From Pseudogymnoascus verrucosus (Eukaryota): DNA of 64,000 bases. Location of the stretch: the NCBI GenBank assembly GCA_001662655.1, contig KV460211.1; one strand, 5' to 3'. The notes under the pieces are model-generated. The model made no database searches and was not told the DNA's origin. It saw nothing but the letters and a program-made list of their open reading frames with translations. How positions within the stretch are numbered: position 1 is the stretch's first letter; each line of letters opens with the position of its first letter. Of the stretch, positions 11,650-24,100 are shown in pieces. Both the position numbers and the translations under genes were made by a program.

Positions 11650-13684
11650 ATGGGCAAACGAAAGGCAGAATCCGAGGTCGCATCCGTCAAGGATACGGGT
11701 GCGAAGAAGATTAAGCAAGAAATCGCCAAGCAACCGAAGGTTGAAGCAAAGCAGAATCTTCTGGATAGCGATTCCAGCGGGGATGAGGAATCCGACTCTG
11801 GCGGCGTGCCTCTAGAAGCGGAGTTCACTGTCAATAAAGAATATGCGAGACGCTTCGAATACAATAAAAAGAGAGAAGAACTGGCAAAGCGTGAGTGTCT
11901 GCCCCAATGAGTTATTGTGTTCGCCCGCCTAACATAAAACAGTTGAGGAAAAGTACCAAAAGGACAAGGCGAAGCCGGTCAAGGGCCAGTACGGAGACAA
12001 ATACGATGAGGAGGAGGACAGTTCATCTGACGAGGATGAGGATGACGAAGGTTTCCTTGCCACCGAAGATTTGGACGCCGAAATCTCAGCCACTCTCCAA
12101 GCTATTCGCAACAAGGACCCCAGAGTTTACGACGAGAAGGTTACATTCTATACGCCAATCGACGAGACTGCACAGGATGGGCCGAATGAGAAGGCTGAGA
12201 AGCCAGTATATCTGAGAGATTACCACCGTGAGAATCTGCTGAAGCAGGCTGCGAATGGTGATGCCGGTGATGTGGAGATGGATGATGCGCCACTCCCTAC
12301 ATTCAACCAAGAGCAAGCGATGCTTAAGAAGTCCATCGTCAAGGCGATGCACGAAGCTGGATCGGATGAGGGCGAGGACGAAGATGAAGACTTTTTGGTC
12401 CCGAAAGCGAAGCCAGCAGCGGCTCCCAAGTCAGAAGTACACGAGTCCCGCCGACACAAGATTAAGCTAGACACCGTAGGTGCCGACAAAGACCCAGAGA
12501 CCTTCCTCTCGAATTTCCTGGCTGCTAGAGCGTGGGTTCCAGGAGAAGGAACAAAATGGGAGCCCTTGGAGTCAGATGACGACGAAGACGACCAGCGTGC
12601 CGATAAGTTTGAGACGGCTTTCAACCTGCGATTCGAGGATCCAAAAGCCAGCAACGAGGTTCTCAAGTCTTTTGCCCGTGACATAATTGCGGAGAAGTCG
12701 GTGAGGAGGGAAGAGCCCAAGGCCAGGAAGAGGGCGAGAGACCTGGAGCGCGAGAAGCGAGATGCAGAGAAGCTGAAGCGCGAGGACGAGAAGGCACGCC
12801 TGAGGAAGCTGCAGATCGATCAGATGGAGGAGAAGCTAGCAAAGATCAAGAAGGCAGCAGGTGTCAGTGGCAAGACTCTCAAGAGCGAGGAGTGGACAAA
12901 GTTCTTGGGCGAAGGCTTTGACGATGCTACTTGGGAAGCGGAGATGAACAAGAAATTCGGAGAAGATTACTACGCTGAAGGGGAGGCCGGATCAGACGAC
13001 GACAGTGAGGATGGTGAAGGTGGCGCTTCTAAGAAGAAGAAGAAGGTCAAGAAGCCTAAGTGGGACGATGATATCGATATCAACGATATCATCCCTGAAT
13101 TCGTGGATGACGAAGAGGCTGTTGAAGGGGAAGGCTTCAAGTTATCTGACGACGAGGACAATGACGAAGACGAAGATGAGGAAAGCGGACCAGCCAAGAA
13201 GGGCAAGACAAGCAAAGACCGCAAGGCAGACCTGCAGGCAAAGAAGAAGGCCGGCCGCATCGAGCGCAAGAAGATCGAAGAGCTTGTCGACGCCAAGCTT
13301 GACATTGACCATGCAATCCTCCCCACGAAGTCAAAGACAGCATCGACCTTCCGTTACCGCGAGACTTCACCCACATCTTTCGGTCTCACAGCGAGAGACA
13401 TTCTCATGGCGCCAGACAACTCCCTGAACCAGTTCGTCGGCTTGAAGAGAATGGCTACTTTCAGAGACGCAGAGAAGAAGAGGAAGGATAAGAAGAGGCT
13501 CGGCAAGAAGGCTAGGCTGCGTGAGTGGCGTAAGGAGACATTCGGCAACGAGGATGGTCCAGAGATCATTATTGCGCCCCAGGATGCTGAGGCCAAGGAT
13601 GTGACGGACGATGTAGACATTATTGAGGGCAAGAAGAAGAAGAGGAGGTCGCGGAAGAGCAAGGCTGCAGATGAGGAGATTTAG
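11650..13684 (+). CDS. KRI1: Kri1, 40S ribosome biogenesis factor, 2 exons
   Basis: VNKEYARRFEYNKKREELAK, IRNKDPRVYD, FETAFNLRFEDP, FRYRETSPTSFGLTARDILMA...LNQFVGLKRMATFR. Confidence 0.93.
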
Positions 13685-13901
13685 TTTGATATCAGTATGA
13701 GTACGAATATGAGTATATGAATCAATTCAAGCCCATATTATTGTACAATCGCGCGTGTTTATAAAGATATGAATGCCTATCCCCGGTCCCGAGCCCATTC
13801 TTATGCGGAGGTTCTACTTGGATCAGATACCATTAAAATTGACCCCACGTCAGCAACGAGCAAGCTCGCTCCTTGATCATTGGCGTTTATTTATCCCCAG
13901 G

Positions 13902-14231
13902 CTATCGGCGCGGATCATCCCAGGTGGTGGTTTTCGTGTTATGATCTATGAAATATAACGGTCCTCCACCCCTCTTGCGCTTTGCTTCCCAACCTGACGG
14001 CAGTGGTCCTCCCTCTGGTATTTCCCTCACACCCTGCTCTATATAATTCTGACTTAGTGGATGGTACCAGTTTGTAGTGTGCGTATTGTGATCTATATAG
14101 TAGACTCTTCCGTCGGGCGTTGTTGCTCGCTCCCATCCTCGAGGGAGACTGTGTTCGGGATCTGTAGATGACCCACTTGAATCCGGGTTATGCGGCCCGT
14201 CGTTGCTGACGATCGATTTCTTGACAGCCAT
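13902..14231 (-). CDS. 109-aa protein consisting of two WW domains
   Basis: [30 protein letters not shown] and [35 protein letters not shown]. An in-frame TGA lies upstream of the ATG; a branch/acceptor (gctaac...tttag) at ~14280-14297 suggests a 5'UTR intron. Confidence 0.8.
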   Translation of the reverse strand: MAVKKSIVSNDGPHNPDSSGSSTDPEHSLPRGWERATTPDGRVYYIDHNTHTTNWYHPLSQNYIEQGVREIPEGGPLPSGWEAKRKRGGGPLYFIDHNTKTTTWDDPRR

Positions 14232-14874
14232 AGCTGTAGGGTATCGAAATGGAGCTCAGATCCGTTTACTTCAAGGAAACTAAATTTGTTTGTTAGCATT
14301 CATATTCCACGCACAGAAAGTTATTGGGTTTAAACATTTGCGCGCCCTGCGACAGTACTGCACGTACATGATATTCTCGTTGCTTAGACTTGCCAAGGTT
14401 AAAAAACACACCACTGATGATTGGACTTGAAGAGGCTATTTATGGGCTAAGTGGCATTGCTTATAACAAATGTTGGATTGAAGAGATCCGACGCGGGGTA
14501 TGGTTAAAGCACCAATCGTACGCCACCGGAACCCCCACGACGACCACCCCCCTCCATTGCCTATCATAGCGGCTAAATAATAAACCCGCCGCCGAAAAGC
14601 ACATATATGAGGGCTGAGATCAACGGCTTCATCCAGATGAAGGAATCCAGCCAAAGCGGGTCGTAGTGTAATATATTTTCATTCCCATCCATCTGCCGGC
14701 ACTCTCGCATGAACTGCGGGCGCTTGCATCGTGAGCTCCTGCCTTTGAAACCAGCGAACCAGCCTCCTCGGATAAGCGGATGTCACCATCAACAGTCTCG
14801 ACATATTGACGGGGAGTGTTGGATTAGCAAAAGGCTACCCTTGTTCCTGTTCAAGCACGTCCGTTTCCAACCAT

Positions 14875-15978
14875 CTAGCCCATCAGCTGCCTGACGTCCT
14901 CCGGTGGCCACCTGACCTGCGCAAAGCTCAGACAGCGCTTGATGCTCTGCAGGAATTTGCGTGTCACCTCGTCGCCCATGACATGGCCCTTATCGCTCTC
15001 GTGCAGCTTCTCGCGCGCTGACCGCTCGTGGATACCCACCATGGTGACACCGATAGGCCAGGCTGCTTTGCCGATACTAAGGGTGAGATACCCGTCGTTG
15101 GCGTCCACGTATCTGCGTTCCTGTGCCGCTTTGACAATCTCAACGACTGGCTCGAGGATGCCTACATCGAGATCACCTTTCTCAAACTTCCGGAACAGCT
15201 GGGGTTGGATGTTAGCTTGCTACCCCGCATTTGTAGTATAGGGCCAAGAGAGGGGTCATACCGGCGTCATGTTCTGCTTGCTCTGCGCCATGGCGTTATA
15301 CGCCGCCTTGCTAGCAAACGTATCCCTCTTGTCCTCCCTCAACAGGGCATCCTCCCACTCCTTAAGCACCATCGTAAAGTAGCTTGCCAGCTGCCTGTAC
15401 AACCACTTCGTCGCCTCCACATCCTCTGGTGGCGGCATCTTGTCAACCTTCATATCCTTCTCGTCCACCAGCTTCAAACTCGTCGGTATCGGCCCCGTCG
15501 TCATCACAGTCGTAACCCTCCTATACCGCCTAACCTTCTGTCTGTGATTTTCCCCAGGCAAGCTCGTAGGCTCTCCAATCTCCTCCAACAACTTCACCAC
15601 CTCGTCCTCCACAATATCATCATCGTCCACCGCCTCCACTTTCTCCTTCTCCACCAGCTCTGGCAAACCCACTCTCTTCCGCCTCCTCGCCTCCTCCTCC
15701 TTCTCTTCCTTCTCCCTCCTCACCTTGCTCTCTTCTGCTAGTCTCCTCCGCTTTTCCTCTCGCTCCTCCTTCGCCTCCGCCTCTTCCTCCTCGCGCTTCC
15801 GCTTCTGCGTCTCTCGCGCCATGCGCTCCTTCTCTAGCTTCTCCTGGTGCGCTGCATATGCCGCTTGCCGCTCGGCTTCCTCATCGGCGCGCTTCTTATA
15901 TTTCTTGCCTTCGGAGGTCGTGCTGGCGGGGGCCTTGGCCTTCGAGATCTCCTTCGACATTAGGGATGCAAAATCCAT
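14875..15978 (-). CDS. PRP18: Pre-mRNA splicing factor Prp18, 2 exons
   Basis: ANDGYLTLSIGKAAWPIGVTMVGIHERSAREK...DEVTRKFLQSIKR signature; N-terminal exon corresponds to ORF 15256..15978. Confidence 0.95.
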
Positions 15979-16492
15979 GGCTGCGGTCGTTTTGCTGTTG
16001 TGGCGCAGAATCGCGAGGTGTGAGACCGGTTGTCAATGCCGGATTTAATACGTATAGTTGATGTGTAATACTCGTATCCAACCGTAGCCTAAACAGCGGA
16101 CAGTAGTTGCTATTGTAAATGCTCAAATGCACTTGACGTGGGGTCATTCACAAGTCGATGTCGCACCGGAATTTTAGTACGAGGCTGATTCTAGGCCGCC
16201 CAGGCGGAGCAAACACAGCGCAAACACTCGGCAAACAATCCGTAAGGCTGAGGGGCCGAGACCCCAAGCCCAAAATCTTCGCCTCTCCTCCCTGAATCTG
16301 AACCCCGTCTTGAAGAGACAATAATTCACAACCCAATCTCAAACTATCTATTGAATTTTCTAGCTGAGCTATTTTGCACTTCCTAATCTTCACACCGCAC
16401 CGCATCTACGGAAACACTTGCGAACCCGACGGCTCGCTATCCACCACCAATCTATCACCAAAACCCCCCAGCAAAAACCCCCCCGTCAACCA

Positions 16493-16651
16493 ATGCCGGA
16501 CCCAAACCGCCGCTACGCTTACCTCGCTATCTCCACCCTCGTCGCAATCTGGTTCTGGGTTTTAATCGGACGACCGACTAGCCCAGGTGCTCTCTTCGGA
16601 AAGAGCGCGGATCCCGTTAAGCCGCTCGCGGGCCATACGTCTGGGAACTAG
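16493..16651 (+). CDS. Possible 52-aa single-pass membrane microprotein or uORF upstream of RCM1
   Basis: ATG 16493: MPDPNRRYAYLAISTLVAIWFWVLIGRPTSPG...; one clean hydrophobic segment; no homology recognised. Confidence 0.3.
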   Translation: MPDPNRRYAYLAISTLVAIWFWVLIGRPTSPGALFGKSADPVKPLAGHTSGN

Positions 16652-16774
16652 ACGTCGGTGTTGTAGACGTACCAACAACCAGATAGGGTTGGATTGAGGG
16701 GTACGAGGACTCTAGGATAGAGAGAGAAGAGACACAAGAAAAGAAATAGAAAGAGAAAGAGGAGGAACGCAGCA

Positions 16775-18698
16775 ATGTCACTCTATTACGAAGCAGCCGA
16801 CGTGCTGAAAGCACCCACCACCACCGGCGGCAGCCTCAAGTCCCGCATCTTCAGCAAGAAAGACTTCAAAGCCGCCCCAGCACAGATCTACGCCCTAGTG
16901 ATCGAGACATGCAAATGGTCCGCCGTACTAAAAGAAGTCATCGAGAAGACCGGACTACTAGGTCTAGAGAGAAAGGTGCGTCCTCTCCCTTCCTGCCAGA
17001 AAATACCTCTCAACTAACACCCCCCAGTTAACACCCCTCCTCTCCCTCCTCCTAGTCCACGACCTCCTCCTCGCCAAGCGCGGCATCTCCCTCCCCGCCA
17101 CCCATGGCCTCCGCGCCTCCATCGAGCGCCACAAAGCGCGCTTGACCGCCGAATTCACACGCGCCCGCATCCGGCGCGGCCTCGGCAGTCTCGAGGCGCT
17201 GACGGAGCACGTCGAGGCCGGGGGTGACAACACCTCCGGTATCCCAGTTACCACGCACCCTCGCTGGATCCGGATTAACACTCTCAAAACGACGCTTGAA
17301 GACCAGCTCGCCACGACGTTCAAAGACTACACGCGCGCCGCCGAGGTGAGCGAGGTGCAGAAGCGCGGCGGGAAGAAGATCTTCCTCGACGCACACGTAC
17401 CTAACCTCATCGCCGTCCCTCCAAGCGCGGACCTCACGAAATCAGCCGCCTACACCTCCGGCGCGCTGATCTTCCAAGATAAGGCGTCGTGCTTCCCGGC
17501 GTATTTGCTTGACCCGCTTGCTGAGGATGGGGATGTGATAGACTCGTGTGCGGCGCCGGGGAATAAGACAACGCATCTTGCGTCTATCTTGGCTTCGCAC
17601 TCGCCGGCGGTTGACATAGCTGATCCAAGTACCTTGGCGGAACTACCGCAGAGGATTCATGCGTTCGAGAAGGATAAGGTGCGCGCGACTACGTTGGCGA
17701 AGATGGTTGCGCTGGCGGGGTCGGAGGGGATGACGAAAATTCACGCGGCGACGGATTTCCTCAAAGCTGATCCTGAGTCCCCGCAGTTCGCCAAGGTTGG
17801 AGCGCTGCTGCTCGACCCGAGTTGTAGCGGGAGCGGCATCGTAGGGCGCGACGACATGCCAGAGCTGCATTTACCATCCGAAGCGAAGGGCGGTCCAGCA
17901 GCCGGCGGGAAGCCTGGCGGAAAAGGAGCAAAAGGAAAAGGCAAAGGTAAAGACAAACCAGCCGAAGACGAAAAGCCCTCCTCCCAAAAACGAAAACGCG
18001 ACAGCGAAGAAGAGGAGAAAGTCGAAGTCCTCCTCGACGACGACGGAGTCCCCACCGCCATCACCTCCGCGCAAGACCTGCAGGCGCGCTTAGCCGCCCT
18101 AGCTGCTTTCCAACTCACGCTTTTGTTGCACGCGATGCGTTTCCCTGGGGCGAGGAAGATCACGTATTCCACGTGCTCTGAGCATAATGAGGAGAATGAG
18201 GGTGTTGTGCTTGCGGCGCTCGGGTCGGAGGTTGCGAGGGAGAGGGGGTGGAGGGTGCTGAGACGAGATGAGCAGGTTGGGGGGATGAAGAGGTGGGATG
18301 TTAGGGGTGTGGAGGGGCCAGAGGGGGAGTATGAGAAGATTAGTGAGGGGTGTATTCGTGCGAATAAGGGGGATGGGGAGGGGACTATGGGGTTCTTTGT
18401 TTGTCCGTTTGTGAGGGATGGGGAGGGTGGGGATGTGGAGGCGAAGGTGGTGAGGGATGAGAGTGGGAAGATTGTGAGGGATGCGATGGGAATACCTGTT
18501 CTTGCATCTGCATCTGGTGGTGAAGATGTGGCGATGGATGATGAGGAGTGGGGTGGCATTGATGAGGCTGAAGAGCAGGTTGCGGAGAGCGTTCCAAATG
18601 GAGAGGCTACTGCCGCCGTGGATGAGGACGAGAGCAAAGAAGGAGAGGCTTCAAAGCCCGCCAAAAAGAAGAGAAGGAAGGCGAAGAAGAAGACTTGA
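16775..18698 (+). CDS. RCM1: NOL1/NOP2/Sun rRNA m5C methyltransferase Rcm1 (NSUN5), 2 exons
   Basis: MSLYYEAA start, HPRWIRINTLK, IFQDKASCFPA, DSCAAPGNKTTHLA, LLDPSCSGSG, TYSTCS. Confidence 0.92.
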
Positions 18699-18894
18699 TA
18701 AGGGGCGTAATGATATTTGTGAGCATACAAAGCAAAGAAGACATATAGTGTGTAACGTGACGTTCTTTAGTATATATGTAATGTATATTTCTCATCTGAA
18801 GCAGCTAATGCATTTCTGTGAACCTTTGCGCAAGCTCCTCCCCGTCACGGCTGGCTGCTACGCCAAAACCGTTCCGACGTCGGCTCACGGACGT

Positions 18895-21190
18895 CAGCTC
18901 ACGGAGCAACTATATAATGAATTTGTCGGCTTATGTTGTGCGCTTATGTCGTCGGCTTAGGCGTCCGCGCTAGACTCGGAGTGAATTTTGGGCTTCGCGC
19001 AAGCTCAGCTCCATCTACATAGATTTGCGCGAAATTAATTCCACACATTCCTATACATGTTTAGAGGGCTGCTCATAAACCTGCCGTTGCCTGACCATGA
19101 AAGGGGTAAGAAGAAGGGGAAGAAGGCGGAATGAAAAAAGAGGTAAGGAGAAAAGGGGTACGGATAAAAAAGGGGCAAGAAAAGGGGCGAAGAAAGCCGA
19201 AGAGAAGCGGCTGAAAACAACAAGGTCGGAGAGAAAAAGACCGAAGAAAGCCGCAGCGAATGCCGCGGAAAGCCGTAGGTTTGGACGCTGTCCAAACTGC
19301 CATTTCGCACAAATCCAGCTCCATTTAGTTGGGTTTGCGCAAAAACCCCTGAAACATGTTCAGAGAACCCACTGAGGACGAGCAGACTCATCGCAGACCC
19401 AGACAGACAGCTCGCTTACTAGCTTGAAGAGCTGGCTCGCAGACAGGGTCACAGCCGTCCTCACCATCCTCCGGACTCATCACACTTTTGGATTTGATGA
19501 TTTTTGAGCAAATTCAGCATTCTGTAGTTGAATTTGCGCATAAACGCTTCAGCACCAGTCACAAAGGCTCCCCTGGCGTAGACTAGTAGTCCCGTGACCA
19601 GCCTTAAGAAAGCCAGCCCATCGTAGATGGGTCAGGGGCTAGCCGAATCGCAGACAGGGTCACCAACTTCCTTACGAACTTCCGGACTCATCAACTTTTG
19701 GATTCTAGTAGTTTTTGCGCAAATCTGCGATCCCGTAGTTGAATTTGCGCAAAATGCTTCGGCACAAGTTCGGCAGCCTCCCAACCGTTAACCAACAGGG
19801 TTACAAGTTAGCCTTAACACAACCACCTCCTCGTCGACCAATAGGAGCTCTTGTATAGTAGCCGACTCGTAGACAGGGTCGCCGACTTCTTCACGAAGTT
19901 CAGAACCCATCGAACTTTTGGATTCTAGTAGTTTTTGCGCAAATCTGCGATCCCGTAGTTGAATTTGCTTCGGCACAAGTTCGGCAGCCTCACCACTATA
20001 GAGTAGCAGCCTCACAGGCTAGCCTCCACATCACCACGTCGTCGTGACTAATAGGTGCTCTCTCTCCATAGACTAACTAGCCGATTCGCAGAAGGGGTCA
20101 GGTCCGTCCTCACGAAGCTGCGGACTTATCGAACTTTTGGATTCCCGTGGTTTATGCGCAAATCCACGATATGATAGCTGAATCTGCGCATAACCAGCTT
20201 CACCCCACCGCGAGGGGCTTATCTACTCATCGATAAATAAGGGGGCTGGCTCCCTCTCGATTAGCCGAGCTCATAAACAGGGTCGGGTCCGTCCTCACGA
20301 AGTTCAGGACTCATCATCTTTTTGGATTCAGCTGTTTTCTGCGCAAATCCACGATATCATAACTGATTTTGCGCAAAAACGGCTCGAGGCACGTTTGACG
20401 GGTCGGGCCGGGCCACTACCCCGGATCGGTCGGGTTACCCCGCGCGGGTAGGGGGGGGCCTACCATGGCGGCAGATCGTAGTGACGGGCTAGAGCGGCTT
20501 ATGACGGCGGCTTGTAATGGTAGGTATGGTCTTTGGAGGGTTATAGAAGGCCCCGGAAGGGCTCTCGAACGGCTAGCTGGCTGTCTGCCCACGGACTCGT
20601 GTCAAACTTCAGACTAAGCGCAATTCCCCGTCCATCAAGACGAATCTGCGCAAATCTATTCCTATACATGTATAGGAGAAGGTGGCGCACCTCCCTGAGC
20701 TACCTACCGTAGGCAACGTGCCGTAGCCTCGCTAGCGCCGATGGCATGAAGGGGTCATCGTGGTCCTCGCTGGTTTCCGAACGAACAGGATTTTGGATTT
20801 TGGGGGTTTTCGCGCAAATCGCCCTCCTTTTTGACTAATCTGCGCATTTTGCGCAGAGATGCCTCGGTATACCACCGACGGCTTACCGCGGGAGGCTTCT
20901 TTCTTAGGCCGGCTCATCGTGGATTGAATCGGCTTATATCGGACGAATTCCTCCTCCACCGGCATATCCACAGAAGCCGACGCATCGTGGTAGACCGACA
21001 GTCACCGAAAGCAGTTTATCGCGGGTCGGCGCACCATAGGCGGCTTATTTCGGGAGGCACATCGTAAAGCAGAACGGCTGCCTTGATCGCTAGGCTCCTA
21101 GACTTATGGAGTTGCGCGTTTTTCGCAAATCCGCGGCCGTGTGAGCTAATTTGCGCAAAAGCGTATCTGCACAAGTTCAGAGAACGGGTC
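18895..21190. repeat. Degenerate non-coding tandem array of ~10 units (185-311 bp), each with paired TGCGCA-like dyads 30 bp apart
   Basis: Dyad pairs start at 18996/19026, 19306/19336, 19505/19535, 19716/19746, 19936/(19966, partly deleted), 20155/20185, 20340/20370, 20617/20647, 20811/20841 and 21122/21152. The five core units also share AGCCGA.TCG.AGACAGGGTC, CACGAAG, GGACTCATC and CTTTTGGATT. Confidence 0.9.
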
Positions 21191-24100
21191 GCATGGTGGT
21201 GGTGGTGCTGCTGCTGGATTGGCGTGGCGTGTTCACCGGATGGTTCGTCGTGGATAGGCGAGCACATTGAGGCTTAATCTCTTCGCCGTGAACTAGTGAC
21301 AGGCGTGGTCACCGTGGACCAACGCCCATGGCCTCATAGCATGCGGTGATTCTGCACTCCCCTCCCCCACTCCCACCACGCCATTCCCACCCATCACGCC
21401 ACAACCACGCAAAACAGTACTCAAACATGTTTAGAAACCTCACTCACCGAAGACCTCCGCGGCGTGCTCATCATACATAGGCGGCGCATCATGACGCATC
21501 ACAAACACTCACACTGCTCGGCGAAGCTTGGCTTCTTCTCTCGCCGGGGAGCCAGCCAGCCGCGGAGGGGCGTGCTCATGTTGTTTGTCCATTTGCAGCC
21601 CATCCCCGCCATTTCACCTTAACCCCGCCAAAGGTAATCTTGATCTTAAACATGTTTAGAGAAGCACTTGCTCCCATCGTAAAACTGGCATCTTCACCAC
21701 CAACATGCCCATGAGGAATGCCACGGTCATGCCATGTAATGTTCGACATGTCAAACATGTTCCTCAAACCACTCTCATCGTGCCAAGACGCGCCACGAAC
21801 CAACGTCAATCCAAGCCATCAACAACAAATGGAACTGACTCGTGCGGTCTGGCCCCTCCTTCCAGACTTAACCGCTCGAGAGAAAGGTAGGTGAGGCTCT
21901 CGTCCCGGACTAGTAGCTTTGGGAACTGACGTTCCTCCGGACCTGATAGAAAACCAGACTCAACCGCCCAAAAGAAAGCTCAACCACATGTAGAGAATCA
22001 CCTACTCTCATCGCAGAATCGGCATCCCCCACTATCCTGCCATCCATCTCCCCAACTCCATCCATCACCAGACTCACAAAACAAGACCTGACTCGCCTCC
22101 CCGCAAATGCGTTCCCAAACAATGTTCACTCACTCGCTCGCCAACGTGCGGCCCGGCCCACACGTGGACCTAGGACCTACTTTCCAGCTACTCGGCCAGT
22201 TAGCCAGTCAGCCAGTCAGATGGTTGTACGTAACCTTCGCGTCGGTGAACACGTCGGGAGCACCCTGGCGCAGAGAACCACGACTTGCGCGGAGATCCGG
22301 GAGTCTACCGTAGCAAGCAGTAGTAGAAGCAGGTAAGTGGTAGAGTAGAGAATTCAATAGCGCGTCGACTGTTCAGTAGAGCAAGTTGTAGAGAATCCAA
22401 TAGCGCGTCACCACCACCACCGGCGCTGGGTAAGACCCGCGTCTCACCCCTCCGACCTGATTGATAGCCAGGCACCAGAAGCCGTTGAACCCGGTGCCGG
22501 TGCGCTGAGTGAGGGGAGGGAGGGGATAGATACATAACGTGAAAACATGTCTCGTCTCGTCTCGTCTCAGTGACGCGACTCGAGTCGGGTCGATCCGATA
22601 TCGTATGTTATGTTGAGCCCGTATGTATGATGGATGTATAATCCCAATCTCGCTCTCTCCTCTCATCGCGTTGTTGTTTGTTGTTGTTGTGGTGTAGAGA
22701 ACGCGAGATAGCGAAAGGAGAGGAAAGGTCTAGATCACGGGATCACCACTATCGGTGGTGAATCGGTGAATTGGTGACAGGAGGTGTGTCGTGTCGTAAA
22801 AGTGCGATGGGCGACGCCACGGGGGGATCATCCCTTGCTTTATTGAGTTTATTTCATCCCATCCCATCACATTCCTTTCTATGGTCGGGGGATGCTTGAA
22901 TGGGAAGAGGGATCGGTCGGGGGGAGGTAGAGAGGTGATAGATAGATACGGCAACAGGATTGACTCCCTTACCTCGTCGCAAACGCGTTCATTCAATCCT
23001 CACCTCCCTTACATAGACTCTCTCTGACTCCGGGATGAAACCCACGAACCCGTATAATTCATACAGCACCCACCTACTTAACAATCCCATTCACTCGTCC
23101 AAGAAACCGCGTCGAGCGACAACAACAACACCCATAGTAGTAATCTCCCCGCCCATCCCTCCTCCCAATCCGTCTCGCGGCACCACCACCGCCAACGCGC
23201 TCTAGACCCCCATCCCCATCCCGATCGCCAACTCTGGATGTGTACCACACTCTCACACACACTATTAATAGGCTGGACTCATGGGGTATTCTTCTGTCTA
23301 ATCTCCCCCCATCTCCATTCGAGAAAAGCTAATAAACAGCTGCTCTGTCTTGGTACGCAGCGGGGCAAGCAAGAAGGGGAGGTGTGATGGTGGATGGGAG
23401 ATAGATGGGGCCGTGTAATCTCCCCCAACTCGCGCCCAGAGATGGAGAACACGGGATAAGGGGGCGTGGAATGAGGAACGTAAGCCAAGCGCCGAACGCA
23501 CGCACTCACGCACGGTGGTGGGCGGGCCTGGCTTCCCTTTTACGCAACTAGGTAGGTAGGGAAGGAAGGTAGATGAGTGGGAGCGGCTTCTGTCAATAAA
23601 CGCCGAAGCCGAAGATGGGATGAATGGCTGGATTGATGAATGGAGGGATGGATGGTTGGTTGGTCGGCGGCTAGGCTGGGCTGGACGACGGGATCAGCGG
23701 TGATGGTGATGGGATACGAATTAAGAGAGATGAGTTGGAAAGAAGGGAAGTGGTGCGGGTACGTATAATACGACGATAGTATCGGTATCTGACTGTGCTC
23801 TGCATGCCGTCTGTCTGTTCCTGTTCTGATTTGTAGCGGCAGCGGCAGACGACAGGACGGAGGGGGACGACACGACATCAGCGGTGACGGTGTCCCCGTG
23901 CCACAGCGGACAACAGACGGAGTACAGTACGACGGAGTACCTCCCTCAACGTTGCATTCGTGGCTAAATGGGGAAATATAGAGGGGGAGCTAAACGGGGG
24001 TTACGCGTCGATGATTGGATAACAGACGGTAGGTTCAGGGGAAACAGTCTACGTACTGTGGAAACGGCGCGTGGTGATTGGTGGGATGGAGGATTGGATG

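Noticed and set aside
17741..18730. Long antisense ORFs (also 54268..55101 and 60928..61836)
   Set aside because: They overlap well-supported genes on the opposite strand and are explained by codon bias
19430..20390. CRISPR-like repeat-spacer array
   Set aside because: Repeats are ~110-130 bp and degenerate, adjacent spacers are homologous to each other, no cas-like genes are present, and the context is eukaryotic
19035..21277. Short ORFs in the array (e.g. 19788..20015, 20732..20971) as a repeat-protein gene
   Set aside because: The recurring FAQ peptides simply reflect TTTGCGCAA; units differ by 1-nt indels and contain stops, so no frame is conserved
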